A DNA stretch of 63,573 nt, the filler included, from Atractiella rhizophila (Eukaryota): the NCBI GenBank assembly GCA_021432655.1. It is 10 parts of 10 records of this genome, joined end to end, with 100 filler letters (N's around TTAATTAATTAA, not from the genome) between each part and the next. Parts side by side here need not be neighbours in the genome. Positions count along the whole stretch, not along the records: positions 20,825 to 27,641 come from MU272265.1; positions 27,742 to 34,546 come from MU272266.1; positions 34,647 to 41,444 come from MU272267.1; 7 more parts are not named here. The stretch is one strand, 5' to 3'. The position numbers and the translations under genes were made by a program. The notes under the pieces are model-generated. The model was not told the DNA's origin and did no database searches. It saw nothing but the letters and a program-made list of their open reading frames with translations. Below are positions 27,006-40,355 of the stretch, piece after piece (the stretch's first letter is position 1; each line of letters begins with the position of its first letter).

Positions 27006-27461
27006 TTACTTCACGACTTTTTTTGCTTCATACCGAACAACCACGAACTCCTCACAACCTTCCTCCTCATCTGCAACCCAGGGACCATGTTTCATCCCTG
27101 GGGGTCGACAGCAATAATCTCCTTTTCCGAACCACTGCTTCAATGCTGTTCCCCGATTGATCGAAGGAGTGAGCCAAGCGGTTCGCTCAGGATAACACTG
27201 GTTTTGAAGAGACGGAGACTCACTCAAGTCGTATAAACGACCACGAAGAATCAAGCACTCCTCCCAATACTCATGCACCGTACCCTCTCCCACTTCACCA
27301 CCCCAACGACTGGAAGGAGGATGGACGAGCATGAGCGATTTATCTCCTGTCGTCCGGTCAGAGGAGAGCAACCGTTGGTGGGCTCCGGTGGGATCTGAAG
27401 GATCGAGAGGAGTGAGTGGGAGGGAGGAGGTCGGAAAGAACTCGAGAGTCGGTTTCACCAT
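27006..27461 (-). CDS. ChrR-like single-domain cupin (intron 27146-27223)
   Basis: HEYWEECLILRGRLYD and GDYCCRPPGMKHGPW cupin motifs. Confidence 0.85.
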   Translation of the reverse strand: MVKPTLEFFPTSSLPLTPLDPSDPTGAHQRLLSSDRTTGDKSLMLVHPPSSRWGGEVGEGTVHEYWEECLILRGRLYDLSESPSLQNQCYPERTAWLTPSINRGTALKQWFGKGDYCCRPPGMKHGPWVADEEEGCEEFVVVRYEAKKVVK

Positions 27462-27641
27462 GTTCAGATAGCGGAATGGAGATTGGCTGACGGAGCTCTC
27501 TTGCCTTTCACTTTGATGGTACAAATTGCTAGATCTGGGCTGAGTAATTAGTTAGTAATCTGCTTACATCACAGGCGGGAACATGCGAGTCCTGACCCGA
27601 AGAATATCTGTGGCAGAAAAGACTGAAGTGAGTCATGAGCG

Positions 27642-27741
27642 NNNNNNNNNNNNNNNNNNNNNNNNNNNNNNNNNNNNNNNNNNNNTTAATTAATTAANNN
27701 NNNNNNNNNNNNNNNNNNNNNNNNNNNNNNNNNNNNNNNNN
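27642..27741. other. Artificial contig linker
   Basis: N44-TTAATTAATTAA-N44. Confidence 0.99.
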
Positions 27742-30700
27742 CAAGGTTGAAGATGAACTGAAGTGGGTTGAAGAGGACCTCATCTAAGTTGCTCTCGCCA
27801 ATATCGAGCTCGACATCTATCTCAAATCAGCCATCAGTCTGAAGAGACACGTTCTGCTCACCGGTAGATTTAGTAATCAAAGCAAGCGTCTGCTTTGTAA
27901 AGCCAACAGCGCTTGCGATGGTGTCAAGGTCCAGATCGAAGATGGTCACCTGTGCTAGTTCTCTTTCTCCGAGAGCTAGTTCCTGATGAGAAGACAGGTG
28001 TACTTCCGAGAGATGTAATGCCTGAGCAATGAACCTGGCTTTCACTCAGAACAGATACTTCAGTCAGGAATTGTCATACCCATCAACCTCCTTTGCGCAT
28101 TCGGTTTCTTTCAACTCTTCCTTCTTCAGCGCATCGATAAACCCATCCAACTTTCTCTCGATTCCAGAAACCTCATGATGAGTCCCTCCCATGCGCAAAA
28201 ACTGTTCAGGTCCGCAATTCTTGAAGTGGGCTACAAATCTTTTAGAGAGAGCAGCAAACTTGGCCAGCTTGGTTCGAGTCTAGGCAAACTTCTTTCAGGA
28301 AACCCATTCTTCAGATGGAGTAGAGACCTACATCACAAATGGCGATAAGCTCTTCAGGAACTGTTACAAGATTGTCCGTAACATTATGATTGCTCTCGAT
28401 CATTGACGAAATTAGTTCAGCTTTGTAGACAAGGCGTTCGAAGAAAAGAAGGGAGTCAACGCTCTCGCTGTCGTTCTCAAAGAAGGAAGGCGTGAGATAT
28501 GGCTATAGTCATCCTTCGTCAGCCACGTAGCAGGCAGAAAATGGAGCAGGAGAACAGACCTTAATGATGCTAAGGTGCTCTACAGCCTGTAAAGCCTCCA
28601 AACGACGCAGTTCCATATCAATGACCTTGACTTGGCTTTTAAGCTTCGAGTTCTGAAGCTTTCTGTTCAAGTCTAACATCGTCTGCGTCTGACTTGACAA
28701 TTGTTGCGCCTCATGCTGTTGCACCTGATGTTGCTCCCTCAGTTGCTCAATGTCCCTAGCCATAACGATCTATGGTCAAGAAGATTGCATGGATAAAGAA
28801 AGCGTACGTCTGTAGACTGTTGACTAGCTCGCGGAACTGCGAAATCGTACTTTCATAATCGACTGTAGATTGGCCGTAGGTGTCAAGACGCTTCCTAAGC
28901 TCGCGAATTTGTATATCTCGGAAGTCTGCCCTCAGAAAGCACATTTTCAGTTTACCAGCAATCGCTGACTGGACCACGTACCGATTTCCTCTTGCAGCTG
29001 CTTCTCCGTCTCAATGTGGTTCTCCTCCAGCTCATCATTCAGCTCTTTCAACGCTTCAAGGTCTTCGTTGATAATACGCATCTCCTCTAGTTTCTACTCG
29101 CACAGATCAACCATCTCCCTCTCGTAGCATAAAAGTCGAAAACCGTACTTCAGAGAGAGTGAGATTGCGCTCAGTCAACCTCTCGAGTAGTTCCTGACTT
29201 TCGGAAGAGTCGTCCAGCTGACCTTTAAGCTCCTCAATCTGGGCTTCAGCGTCTTCTAGATCCCTCGCTGTGACATCGTACATATCTACCGCCACCCTCA
29301 GTCAGCCTTTTAAGCACAACAGTCATTGCATGGGGTGCAAGGGAAACCAGACTTTGAAGTTCCAGCGTAAGCTCCAACTCCTTCTCAAGATCACCAATCT
29401 TTTTCCTATAGTCCGCTTCCGTTTCGCTCGTAAGGTCACGTAGCCTATTCCACAACAAGCCAACCATTAATATAGCGCCATATTCGAGGAGCAAAATGCA
29501 CAAACCGAATAAGTGCGTCTTTTAGCCGATCATTCTGTTTTTGCAACTGCAAAAATTCAATACTATCCGCTGCTCCTCCTCCTCCTCCACTTCCGTCACC
29601 CTCTTCCTCTCCTCCCTTAGTCACCCTCGCCGGCATCACATTCACATTCTGTTCCTTCAGCACGCCTACCTCAACCTCAAGTTCCTCCCTCCTCTCCCTC
29701 TCCCTCTCCAACTCAGCTTTACACTCTTCTAACTGCTCCTCTGCGACCTCCTTATCAAGCGTCGCCATCTCCACCTGGTCTGTCATCTCCTCATATTTTC
29801 CGAGAACCTTCTCCCTTTCCGCCTCCACCTCTCGATTCACCTTCTTCAAGTCCTTTACTTCACCCACAAGGTCTTGGACGCGCGACATCAGCTTCGGCTT
29901 CAGCTTCATAAACTCTTCGCTCTCCTCTTTGAGTTTATCCAATTCCCGAAGCTTTTCACGGTCCTCTCCCCTCTTCGTCTCCAGAATCCGAAGTCGCGTC
30001 TGAAGCTCCTCGTATTGTCTGAGCGGGACGGTTGGTGGGGCTTCTTGTGCCGGACGCGAGAGGGAGAATGGGTCTGATTGTGAGACACTGCGAGGCATAG
30101 TGGCAGGTTTGGTAGGCGAGAGCCCATTCTCTTCAGCTTCAAGCTCAGCAAAGATCCTCTCCTCCATCTCCCTATCCCTCTCGTCGTCTGAAGGACTGCG
30201 CACTAGCTCTTCTTCCATTAGCAAGCTATCGCTCCTTCCAATCCCTGCCCCTACGCCTCCGCCACCTATGGAAGACAAGCCCGAGATGCTCAGCGGTCGT
30301 CCGACGCCAATACCATGTGAAGGCTTAGAGATGGAGGCACCACGAGGACGAGGTGTAGATTGTGGTATCGAGGGAAGAGGGGGTGGAGTGTCGGGAGCTG
30401 TGGCAGTGGAAGACTGCGAAAGATTAGACGGCAGCGGGGGACGACTAAGGCTTTTCCTCCTCTCCAATCCTCCAGCTGTCTTCGAAGCTGTAGGCGTCAT
30501 ACTGATGCTTCCTTTTGGAGTGTGCGTCGGGCGCGGTACGCCTCCAGCTGCTGAAGGGGCCGCAGGAGTCGCAAACGATACGCTGCCTTTCCTCGCATGC
30601 TCTCCGGCGGAAAGAGTCTTCTTTAGGGCCGCATTTGCCCCTGGAGTGACGGGAGGGATGGATGAAACGCTCTCTCTTTTTCCTCCCAGCTGCACTCGCA

Positions 30701-31259
30701 ATTCGAGAGGCTTTGGCTGGTGACGCAGCGCCAGAACGCGGCGAGGTACCGGAAGAGGAGGCAGCGGAGGTGCGGCCTGAGGAGGAGGCGGGTTTTTGGA
30801 GCGTCTTTCCGCCAGGCGTCAGACCAGCAGCTGGACGTTTTAGACCTCCGGGACCCGAAGGTTTGGGGCTCTAGTGACGCGACCAGCAGTAATCAGTTCC
30901 TTCCAGTAACCCATTGTGGAGCGAGAGCAGACAGCGTACAGGAGAAGGAGCCGCTGGGGTTGGCAGCACTTTAATCTGTCCTGGTCGGACGAACACACCA
31001 TATCCCGCCTTGCAATCAAAGTACCGCTTTCCCTGTACTGTTCCATCATTCTTCCCATTTGGAAGGTCCAATTCCACTCCCTATACTCCCCAAAATTGCA
31101 AAAGCTACATTACTGAAGCTCATCCAGCGATGGACGGCGACTTACGATCCACTTCCCCTGACTGAAATCTGTCGTTCCCGAGAATTTAACCCATCCATCC
31201 CCAAACGCAGCTATATTCACCCGTGCACCTACTGCTACTGCTGGCCCTGCTGCAGACAT
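27742..31259 (-). CDS. DCTN1: Dynactin p150Glued subunit (3'-truncated)
   Basis: CAP-Gly domain [33 protein letters not shown]; basic S/P-rich linker; coiled coil [26 protein letters not shown]. Confidence 0.95.
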
Positions 31260-31438
31260 ATCATGGAGAAAGTAGTGGTCTTGGATAGTTACGAATGGTA
31301 TAATGGACTACGGCGGGACTACAGGAAATCCTCATGATATCACGTGTGTTCAGAGGGCAGGTTAGGGAATGGATTACATCTAGGCCAGGGTAACTCCAAG
31401 AAACACTGAGAAGTACATTTCAGTAAAATCACTCCTCT

Positions 31439-34392
31439 TCAGGTTGGTTTGTTCTTTTGGGTGGCAACTATCAAGCTCTTGTATGCACTAAAGGACAGTG
31501 AGCTTCATCCTATGAATTGGTAGGGTACTTACTTGACGTCTCCCTTGAAGAGTTCGCAGGCACCGTTTCCAGCGCAGACCCAGAGCTAAACATCCTCAGA
31601 TGAGCAAAATCTCCCGATACGTAATGTTGCGGCGTACCTCTTTGCAAACTGTTTCGATAAACCGGGAGTCGTGAGAAATCAGGATAACACCTCCGTTCCA
31701 GTTATTCAGCGCCGCCATAAGCGCGTCAAGACCTTCAATATCCAAATGATTGGTAGGCTAGACAACAGTAATCAAGACTGGATTCTAGTTTGATGGAAGG
31801 AAGCTGACCTCATCGAGGAGGAGAACGTGTGGACGAGCCAGCGAGAGCGCAGCAAAAGTAACTGAACACAGAATGGAATTTAGACTTGACAACAAATGAT
31901 GAACAAGACATCATACCCCTGGATTTTTGACCACCAGAGAGCGTTTGCAACTTCTGAAGGCCAGTCGTACCCTATTAAAACGTCCAATCAGAATGGCTGC
32001 TTGCCCTTGAACACAGATGTCGTACCGTAATGCCAAATCCTAAGTAGGTGCATTCAACATGAGGTGTACGGTCAAAAGAAGGAAACGCACCACCGAGATG
32101 TGATCTGTATTCCTGCTCCGTCTTTCCAGGAAACTTTTTTGCTAGGAAAGCCACAGGATTGAGGTCGAGATCGAGCTGATCGATGTGGTGCTGTGCAAAG
32201 TATCCTATCCGTAATCGGCCATTGCGGTTAACCTGACCAGACTGTGGCTGATTTTCTCCCACGAGTAGCTTGATGAGGGTGGACTTTCCCTTTAGCAACG
32301 CTACAGAGTGAGCAATGTTCCACAAAGCAGGGATGTGCGTACTCCTCCGTTTGGACCAATGACCCCTATGCGGCTGTCTTGAGATACACTGATATTGACA
32401 TCCCTGAGGATCGCTTTAGACATGTCATCGGAATACGAAAAGGTGGCATCTTGGAGTTGAAGGACTGGGGGTGAGATCTTGTCCGCTTCGGCAAACCTGA
32501 AGGAGGCAGCAGTTAAGCAGGTTATAATTAAGCTATGGCTTACTTGAATTTAACAACGTCATCGTCCTCCGGTGGCTCGAGCTGCAAAAACAATCCGTCA
32601 GCTTTCAAAGTCAACCAAAAAAACTATCATCAGCAATTACCAACCTCAGGCAACTTCTCCAAAATCTTTATCCTACTCTGAGCCTGGGGTGCACGGTTTG
32701 CATTGTCTATTGAAGTGTCACTTGGAATCCTTAGTGGCGGCTACGTCCACTTACATCTCCAGCGGTCGATGAAAGCCTGTAGATGTGCACGATATTGCTG
32801 CTGGGCCTCGTATTCGCGTTTTTGATTCTTGGTACGCTCAGTCTAAAGAAGGAGATGAGGTTCCACTATTGAACAAGGTAGAACCCCCACTTTGGTCGCA
32901 TAGAACTGAGTGAAGTTGCCTTTGAAGTAGTCTAATCGTTTGTCGTGTTGCCAGACAATATCGGTGGCAACCTCATCGACTAGATTTCGATGTGCGTACT
33001 GAGCGACGTTGGAAATCTGTGAGAAAAATTACGCACGGAAAGTACGGTCGTGAGAGACCACGAGGAGTGTCGATTGCCACTGGTTCTTAAGATAGTCTTC
33101 CAGCCATGCCTAATAATTGTAAGAAGCGGCTTCATGGAAGCATATATGGTCCTACCAAAGCGTTGAGATCTCTATTTCTTGCGTTAGCCAGGAGACGTGA
33201 AAACAAAGAATTACCCACAAATTGTTGCTAGGTTCGTCAAGGAGCAACAAGTCCGGTTTACAGAACAGGGCTCTCGCAATACTCAATCTCATTCTCCAAC
33301 CACCTGAGAAGCTACCAGTAGGACGTTGCTGATCCTCCTGCGAGAATCCAAGACCAGCTAGTAGCTCAGCCGCCCTGTAGGACCCTTTATCCGCCTCAAT
33401 TTCTTCCAAGAGTTTATGCACTTCACCCAGTCGAGTTGTTGCCTCTTCCTTTCTCTTCGCTTCAACCTCAGTTGATTCCAGGAGCTCTGTCAGCTCCTTC
33501 TCTTCCGCCATCAAACGCGTACGCCAAACATCAGCTTGGAGCACTGAATCGAGGGCGGACGTTGTGGTTGAGGGTAAGACTTCTTGCTCTACGTACAGGA
33601 TGGTGATGTGGAGAGGAATGGAAAGCTCTCGAAGAGCCATATTTTTCAAAAGTGTCGACTTTCCCACTCCATTCCGTCCGATCAAGCCGTATCGACGCCC
33701 GTAAGCAAGAGTAAGAGTCGCATTGGATAGAATGGGATTTGAACCGAAGCTGACGTCGATATTTTCGAGATGAATATCTTTTGATTTCGCTCTCGCTGCG
33801 GCTGTGGTGAGTGGATTGACTTTGACGAACATATCCTCATAGGCTTGCTGCGCTCATACCAAATGGTCAGTTCGCACAGTAATTAATGAATGATATAGAG
33901 ACGTACTTGTGCTTTCATAGCTTCCACCAGCTTGGAGCTCTCAAACTCAACCATACGCTTTTGTCCAGCTGTCCTCCTTTCCATCTTGGCCCTGATCTTC
34001 GCCTCCGCCTTCTCAAGCTTTTTGACATCCACTTGACTCGTCCTCCCTTTCACAATGGATGAGATATCCACCGTGGCCCCGCCAGCTACAAGAACAGGTC
34101 CACCATCTCCACGCAATGAAACTGATTTGTCGAGCACACGCTTCTCCGGAAATTTGGATTTATCGTTCGCAGCGAGGACATCGTCAACGTATCCCCTAAG
34201 CTCTTCACAGACCCGATCGGTATCTTCTGTTGAAACTCGTTCGGATTGCAGCAGAGGACGGACAAATGTCTCAACAGGATCGTCTGTTTCTAAGGCAATT
34301 ATGTCGGATAAAAAGGAGGAGAGGTAGGAGGTTATGACAGGGTCAAGTCCTGGAAGAAGATCTAGGATTGAGGAGATTGGAGGACGGGGCAT
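31439..34392 (-). CDS. GCN20: ABC-F ATPase GCN20/ABCF3
   Basis: Two ABC domains with no TM segments: GRRYGLIGRNGVGKST, FSGGWRMR, LLLDEPSN, GYFAQHH, LSGGQKSRV. Confidence 0.95.
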
Positions 34393-34546
34393 TCTGTAGG
34401 ATATCGTATTAGTGAGGTGGATATCATAGAAACGTCACAATTGGGCATTGCTCAAGCTGGCTCGAAGGCGGGACTGAGCAGAATGACCCTACATTCTAAA
34501 ATTTTGTACACGTTAAACAAAATTCGAACGACTTAAGTTCTCTAAA

Positions 34547-34646
34547 NNNNNNNNNNNNNNNNNNNNNNNNNNNNNNNNNNNNNNNNNNNNTTAATTAATT
34601 AANNNNNNNNNNNNNNNNNNNNNNNNNNNNNNNNNNNNNNNNNNNN
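34547..34646. other. Artificial contig linker
   Basis: N44-TTAATTAATTAA-N44. Confidence 0.99.
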
Positions 34647-34861
34647 TTCGGCCTTCACAGTGGGTGCTGCACCAAAATTAGCCAATTATGGCAAAATTTG
34701 GCAAATATGGCAAATTTTGACGAACACGTTTTTGACAGGGCATTGCGAAGTGGGCTTGGCTGCAGTTGTGGGTGCTTGAAGATAGAACACTGCTCTCGCT
34801 ACCAATTGATGAAAATTACAAGTTCCTTCTGCCGGTGAGGTGGGCTAAACCGATGCGTTTG

Positions 34862-35038
34862 TGTTGTTTTTCTCTGCTGCCTCAAACAAATGTATTACGT
34901 TTGGCCGAGCTCTTGCAAACACATGAGCAGCAGAAACATAAGAACAGGTGTTTATATACATGAGACCTTGTGGCAAATAGAAACTTCCAGAATGTTCATG
35001 AAGAAAGTATTACTAACATTTTACACATCTCCAACAGA
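34862..35038 (+). repeat. ~180-bp dispersed repeat, copy 2
   Basis: Matches 3082-3262 with a few substitutions and small indels. Confidence 0.92.
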
Positions 35039-36124
35039 CTTCATTGTGAAGTATATTGCACAGTTGGAGTCAAAGTAGCCAAGTTGTGGTTAGTCGAGGC
35101 CAGTACATCTTGCGCCATGTCGAAGACCAAGTTCATCGCTTGAGAAGTCGTCCCGTTGCTGATCTCCCATAAAGAGTATGTAACTGTTGTCGTTCATGAT
35201 TCATCCTGCCATCTCACTTGAGTGGCAATTCTAGAATGTTCCTTTTTGCCACCAGTTCTCGCGTTTTGTCTTATCTTACTTTTCTGAAGATTCTAGAACA
35301 TTGTATCCACAAGTATATAAAGGCTCTGAAAAGCGAAATAATCATTATGACGTTGTACAATAACAACACGCTCTATTTGAGGTCGTACATTGAGCGGCGG
35401 AAGGACGCCCTCTCCCCTCCCCTACCGACCCTTCTTCCATCGTCAGAACCGCACCTCCCCCATCATTGGGCATACGGACGACGTGGGTCATCTCCCCTGG
35501 ATTTGTTAGTGTGTTATCTGCTGTTTCTTTCAACTCATGTTGCCGATTCCACGAAATTATCGAGCAGATACCTCCATCATCCCGAACCCCTGCCAGCCGC
35601 CTCTAGAAGTTTCACTTCGCTTCTCAATGTACTTCCTTGGAATTTGATTGTGGTGCCATCAACAACCTTGGCATTTACGACTGCAAAAGGACCGTGCACC
35701 GCAACATAGGGTGAAGACAGCCAGGATGGCAAAAGTCTTCAGTGTAGGGTCATTAAGAATATCCTCTTTTGAAAGACGGCATCCACGTTCGTGGTCGCTC
35801 CGACGTGAAGTGGCAAATCGCGATACGTAGAGGCTCCGACATTCTCCGAACCAAATTCTTTGGCCATCGTAATTGTACCGACGGAAGCACTTGGAAATGA
35901 AGAAAGCTTTTCTCTTAATGTGCATCCAGCTGATGCCCAGTGGGAACTGCTTGGTAAGCCGGAGGCCGTCGTCGCAATACATTTACAGCCTAACACCCAG
36001 GTGTCTTTTGCCAACAACCACTGGTCTCGGGCTGAAAAGGAACGAGTCGTCGAAGGGAAGGTGCAATTCTTCTATCTGGTAAGCAAGACGCTCACAGTCT
36101 TTCTGAATAGTCTAAAATGTACAA

Positions 36125-37720
36125 TCATAGTTTCCCGAACGCTTGCGGCAGTGTCCTCTCGTTAAAGCTCTTCTCACGGATCCACGAGTGTGAAAGCGAC
36201 CGCTCCGAATTGTTCTGCACGATGTGCAATATGTGATACAGTGGGGTCCTATTGAGGGCAAGGTTCCAGCTTCTTAACAGAGATGTATAAGAGCGAGGAT
36301 CAGGCTGAAGCAACCCCTTCTCCCCAGGAGTATGTGGAGATCTGGATTCAAGACAACTGGGCCGCAATCCATAAATGAATGACTCAATGTCGTCTTCAGG
36401 TTCGTGGGGGACAACGTCCTCTGAGGCTATTCCTTCTAGGAGTCGACGAGACATGAACTCGTAAGTGCCCTGTCCTACTGTTACATATGGCACAACTCAG
36501 ATTCGTCTTCTTCGGTCATCGAAAGCTTGGCGCGTTGGAATTTGCCCCTTACGTCGCCCTCGGCAACAACCTGGAGGATATTTGGAACTTTGTGTTGGAG
36601 CAGCTCGGCGTAGATTTCGCCTTCGGAGCGGTATTCAGAATGTCGCCAGGTGTCTTTGAGGAGGACCAGGCGTTCGTGTTCCGGGTCGTAAGCCTCGAAA
36701 CATCTTGTCCCACGACCGATAGGTTGATCGTGACGAAAGATGAACGGTTCTGAAATGTAGAACACCTTGTTTTCCACCTTTACCTTGAAGATTGGGTTAC
36801 CAGCTGTAACATTGAGCTTCGCCTTAGCCTCTTCTGCATGGTCATCGCCTTCGGGAACGCTCTGCATCGTGGTGTCGAGTCCCCTTTCGGCATCGTCCGC
36901 GTGCGTATAGCGCCAAAAGAATTCACGGAGGTGAGGGGTCGTAACGTAGTCGAACGATGGGGTCACCAGGAATCCGGCACGCGAATGACAGAGAAGACGA
37001 GCGGAGTGCTCGCGAACACAGAAAGAGAAAACTCTCGTTCTCTGTTGCGAAGACAGAACAATGCTACTGTAAATCGTAAGTTAACCGCGTGCCAATTTTG
37101 CAGCCTGTGAGTTGCCTTCTGCCACTTTGCCAGCCTGGTCATCGCGAAAAGGCTCATCCATGCGCACCCTCTTGAATTCCCCAAACGACTCCGCTCTCTT
37201 CATGACCGTATTAGTCTCCCCATGATAACCATAGAGGACGATATCAGGTTTGATGCCGCCGACGCCATTCACTTGCAGAAAATCTCGGTCAATTTTGCCA
37301 CTCGTGTTGACAAGCTCCCACGTTTCACTGATGAAGGGCTTCATGTACGTTATCTAAAGCCATCTCTATGAAAAAGAAGTTTTAAGAAACTAATGCGCTC
37401 ACGAAGGCGTCGTAGTGAGTGGGTTCGACTCCTGAAACATCCGGTGCTGGGAGGGAGCTGTGTGGTGGGTCGGTGTACCGCGGCAGCATTTGTAGAAACT
37501 TGTCCACAGACAAAGTTGCGTATTTCCCCTTCATATCGGCGCAGACGAAGTCGTAGGCATCTTCGTTCTCTGTCGCTGGAATGATTTGACCGTCATGATT
37601 GGAGCTACTAGCCAGCCGCTTCGGGGTAGGTTTTATTAGAGAGGGATTGGCGGTGTTGCTAGCGGGGGGAGTTGTAGCTTTGAGACGAAGAGTAGGGGGG
37701 GGACTCGGACTCGTGGCCAT
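36125..37720 (-). pseudogene. Disrupted fungal-type protein kinase (FunK1/Pkinase_fungal)
   Basis: KPDIVLY, GRGTRCFEAYD, VLLKDTWR, EGEIY, GTYEFMS and DDIESF are present; in-frame TAA at 37081-37083 (RG*L); no HRDIS or DWD segment between GDV and GTYEFMS. Confidence 0.85.
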
Positions 37721-38880
37721 CGAAATCGAAATCGACCAACTTAAACTTGGGACGTCACAAGTCACCGCGGCCCCAAGGGGTTATGTCTTGATTTTATATG
37801 TCACTTCAAATGAATTGGCATGACTCACACTGCAATCGAAGTTGGGGGATGTTCAGGCACTCCATATTTTGTTTCTTCACCTTGCTGGATCCGACAGGTC
37901 TTACAGAGTGTTTGGGGATGGCAAGGTGCTTTTATACCTCATTTACCTCATTTTGAGCTTTGGCCACGACGTGAGATCCGATTCTTGACAGCTCTCAGCA
38001 TCCGATGGGCTCATCAAGTCTCGGCGAAGGAGGAAGGAAAGAGAGAAGAGAGCACCAGGGTTACTTCGGATTGACTGTCTTCGGCCTTTTATTGGTTAGA
38101 CTCGTTCTACATCTATGATGACGATATGGCGGGCATCCACAATCGCGAAGACCCCCGAAAAAATATCTCATCTCGAAGGTTCCGACCAAATGCGGTCGGA
38201 CTATGGTCAAATGATCCTAGAACCTCGTCACAATGCTCTCCATATCCATCTCATTTCCTACACCAATGTTCCAGTTCAATTAGAGCCGCGCACACCCTCC
38301 CCACGAACGGTCCGCTCATCCTTTCCCAATGGGGTTTGCACAAACGGCCGGAGGGTTTTGCGAAAGCGGCCGCAAGCCGCCAGCTCAAAGAGTTTTGCGC
38401 GTTAGTTTGGCGAAGATTTGCGCACAAAACTAGTCCGCCAGTTTTGGACCACTTTTTAACCCCGACATCGCCGAACCCTGGGGCGCAGGGTCTGCCGGTT
38501 TTTGTGATCCTATCCTGAGGTCGCGATGTCTGATCATTACACTGAGAATGTCGAGATAGTTCGAGTTGAACAGTGTGTTGATGCGCAGCAGGCATGATTG
38601 ATCTTTCTCCCGTTTAACATGGATTCATGGGCTTCACCCCAGTGACTTCTCTCCGCGAATGACTAAGGGGAAAACTTCGATGTTAGGCAAGGACGGTCAG
38701 AAAAAAGATCTCATCACCCCAATAACTGAAACATGGCGTTCCCATCCACCTCTCCATTCTTCCATCCTTCCTTGCTCATCTACGTACACCGATTCACACA
38801 CTCAGGATCACGTTATTCTTGCCGCTTCGATTCTGGAGCTACGATTATGGGCCGTCGAAATCGTCCTACTTCTCTCTTGA

Positions 38881-40355
38881 ATGTCTCGAAAGTGCCATCG
38901 AATCCGACTGTGTAATGATCTTTACATTACTTTGAAGGAGAAAAGTTTTACGGTGACTGCCGAGGATACCAAACATCATGAATCCATGGATTCGGATGAC
39001 CTGTCTTCGAAGCCCTTCACATGCACTTTTCATCTTGCAGATAATCGCTCTCAGGCCATCTTCGACCGCGTCGCCCGATACTCCAAGGAGGAACAGCGTT
39101 TCGTTCCTATTTGCGAATGGGAGGAATTAACCATCTCATCGACCGGTCTGGGGACCACCATCCAACTCTCCCTCTCCCCAACTCGAACTCAAGGGATTAA
39201 TTCATTCACGATCTTAAAGCTCCCTAGTGAGATCCTCTTTCTCGTCTTCGAGTTCCTACCATCAGGTAAATACGAAGAGCCAATCGAAGCTGTCGCTGAC
39301 AAACATAAATTCGTTTCCTTTCTCCGAGTTTCTGCAGTCTCTCAGCTCTGGAATGCTGTTTCAGCCCCTTATTTGGATGATTTTGTTTCTGTGGAGGGGC
39401 TGCAAGCTCGCTTGAAAGCCTATCTTAATGCTGGACGTTTGCGGAGGTCCCTTCACTTGGGAAGAGGTGGCTATGATGTTGAGATGGCGAAAGACGTCAT
39501 CGCATGCACGCCGAATGTTAGGCAGGTGTGGATGGATGCAATTTGGAATGAAGACGACGCGAAGATTTTGTTGCATGCGATTGAAGGGTTGAGGAGGATG
39601 CAGGACGTAACTTTTGTCAAGGGCTGAGAAAGTGCAAGCAGGAGGAGGTCGAGAATTTTATGGAAAGGACGAGTGGCAGGATCAGATATTTCTTTGCGTC
39701 GGACGTCGAGGACTCTGCCTCTTCGACGTCACTAGGTCTTCAGTTACCTTCTAACCTCACATGGCCATCACTTTATCACTACCCGCCTCTCCCATCGCTC
39801 TCCCTCCCACCCACCCTTCGACATCTTTATCTCTCCCGCCTGTGTCCCCTCCCTCCCTCAGTCTCAGGCTCCTGTCTGCCGCCTCTTCTGGAACATCTCG
39901 ACATCACGCTAGCCCCCTACTCGCCTGATGGAAAGATCTCCATCCTACCCACTCCGCTCGACTTATCACACCTTGAACATCTCGCCTTCCTCGAACTTGA
40001 TGGTGGAGAGGAAGCTTCAAATTTCATTTCCCCCCAGTTCTTTCACACCCTCAGAAATGCAGAAGCGATAAAAGAGATAACTGTTCGGTACAGTGTGGTG
40101 GACTGGGAATTCACTGGGTTCGTATTCTCAGACTTCATCCGCTGGTTCTTTGGCGACAGGGGGGTGCAGAAGGAGGGGCATGCGGTGGACGAAGCTGAAA
40201 AGGTCGAAAGGATGAGACGACGCGAGTTGAGGGTTGAGCGGTTCTTTGGAGGGTGGCTTGAGGAAGAAATATGCAAAGCCTGGAGCACGTTGGGAGAGTT
40301 TTGGGTGGGCGAGGGGAATGACCGGATATGGGTCCGGGAGGGTGGAGACGAGTGA
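38881..40355 (+). pseudogene. F-box/LRR-like gene with an apparent 1-nt frameshift at ~39622 (start uncertain)
   Basis: F-box ILKLPSEILFLVFEFL..VSAVSQLWN; LRR-like LRHLYL, LEHLDI, LAFLEL; adding one base joins FVKG to LRKCKQEEVENFMER. Confidence 0.72.

Noticed and set aside
38331..38463. MITE with GGGGTT/AACCCC ends
   Set aside because: Only a 6-bp inverted repeat, no TSD and no second copy in the window.
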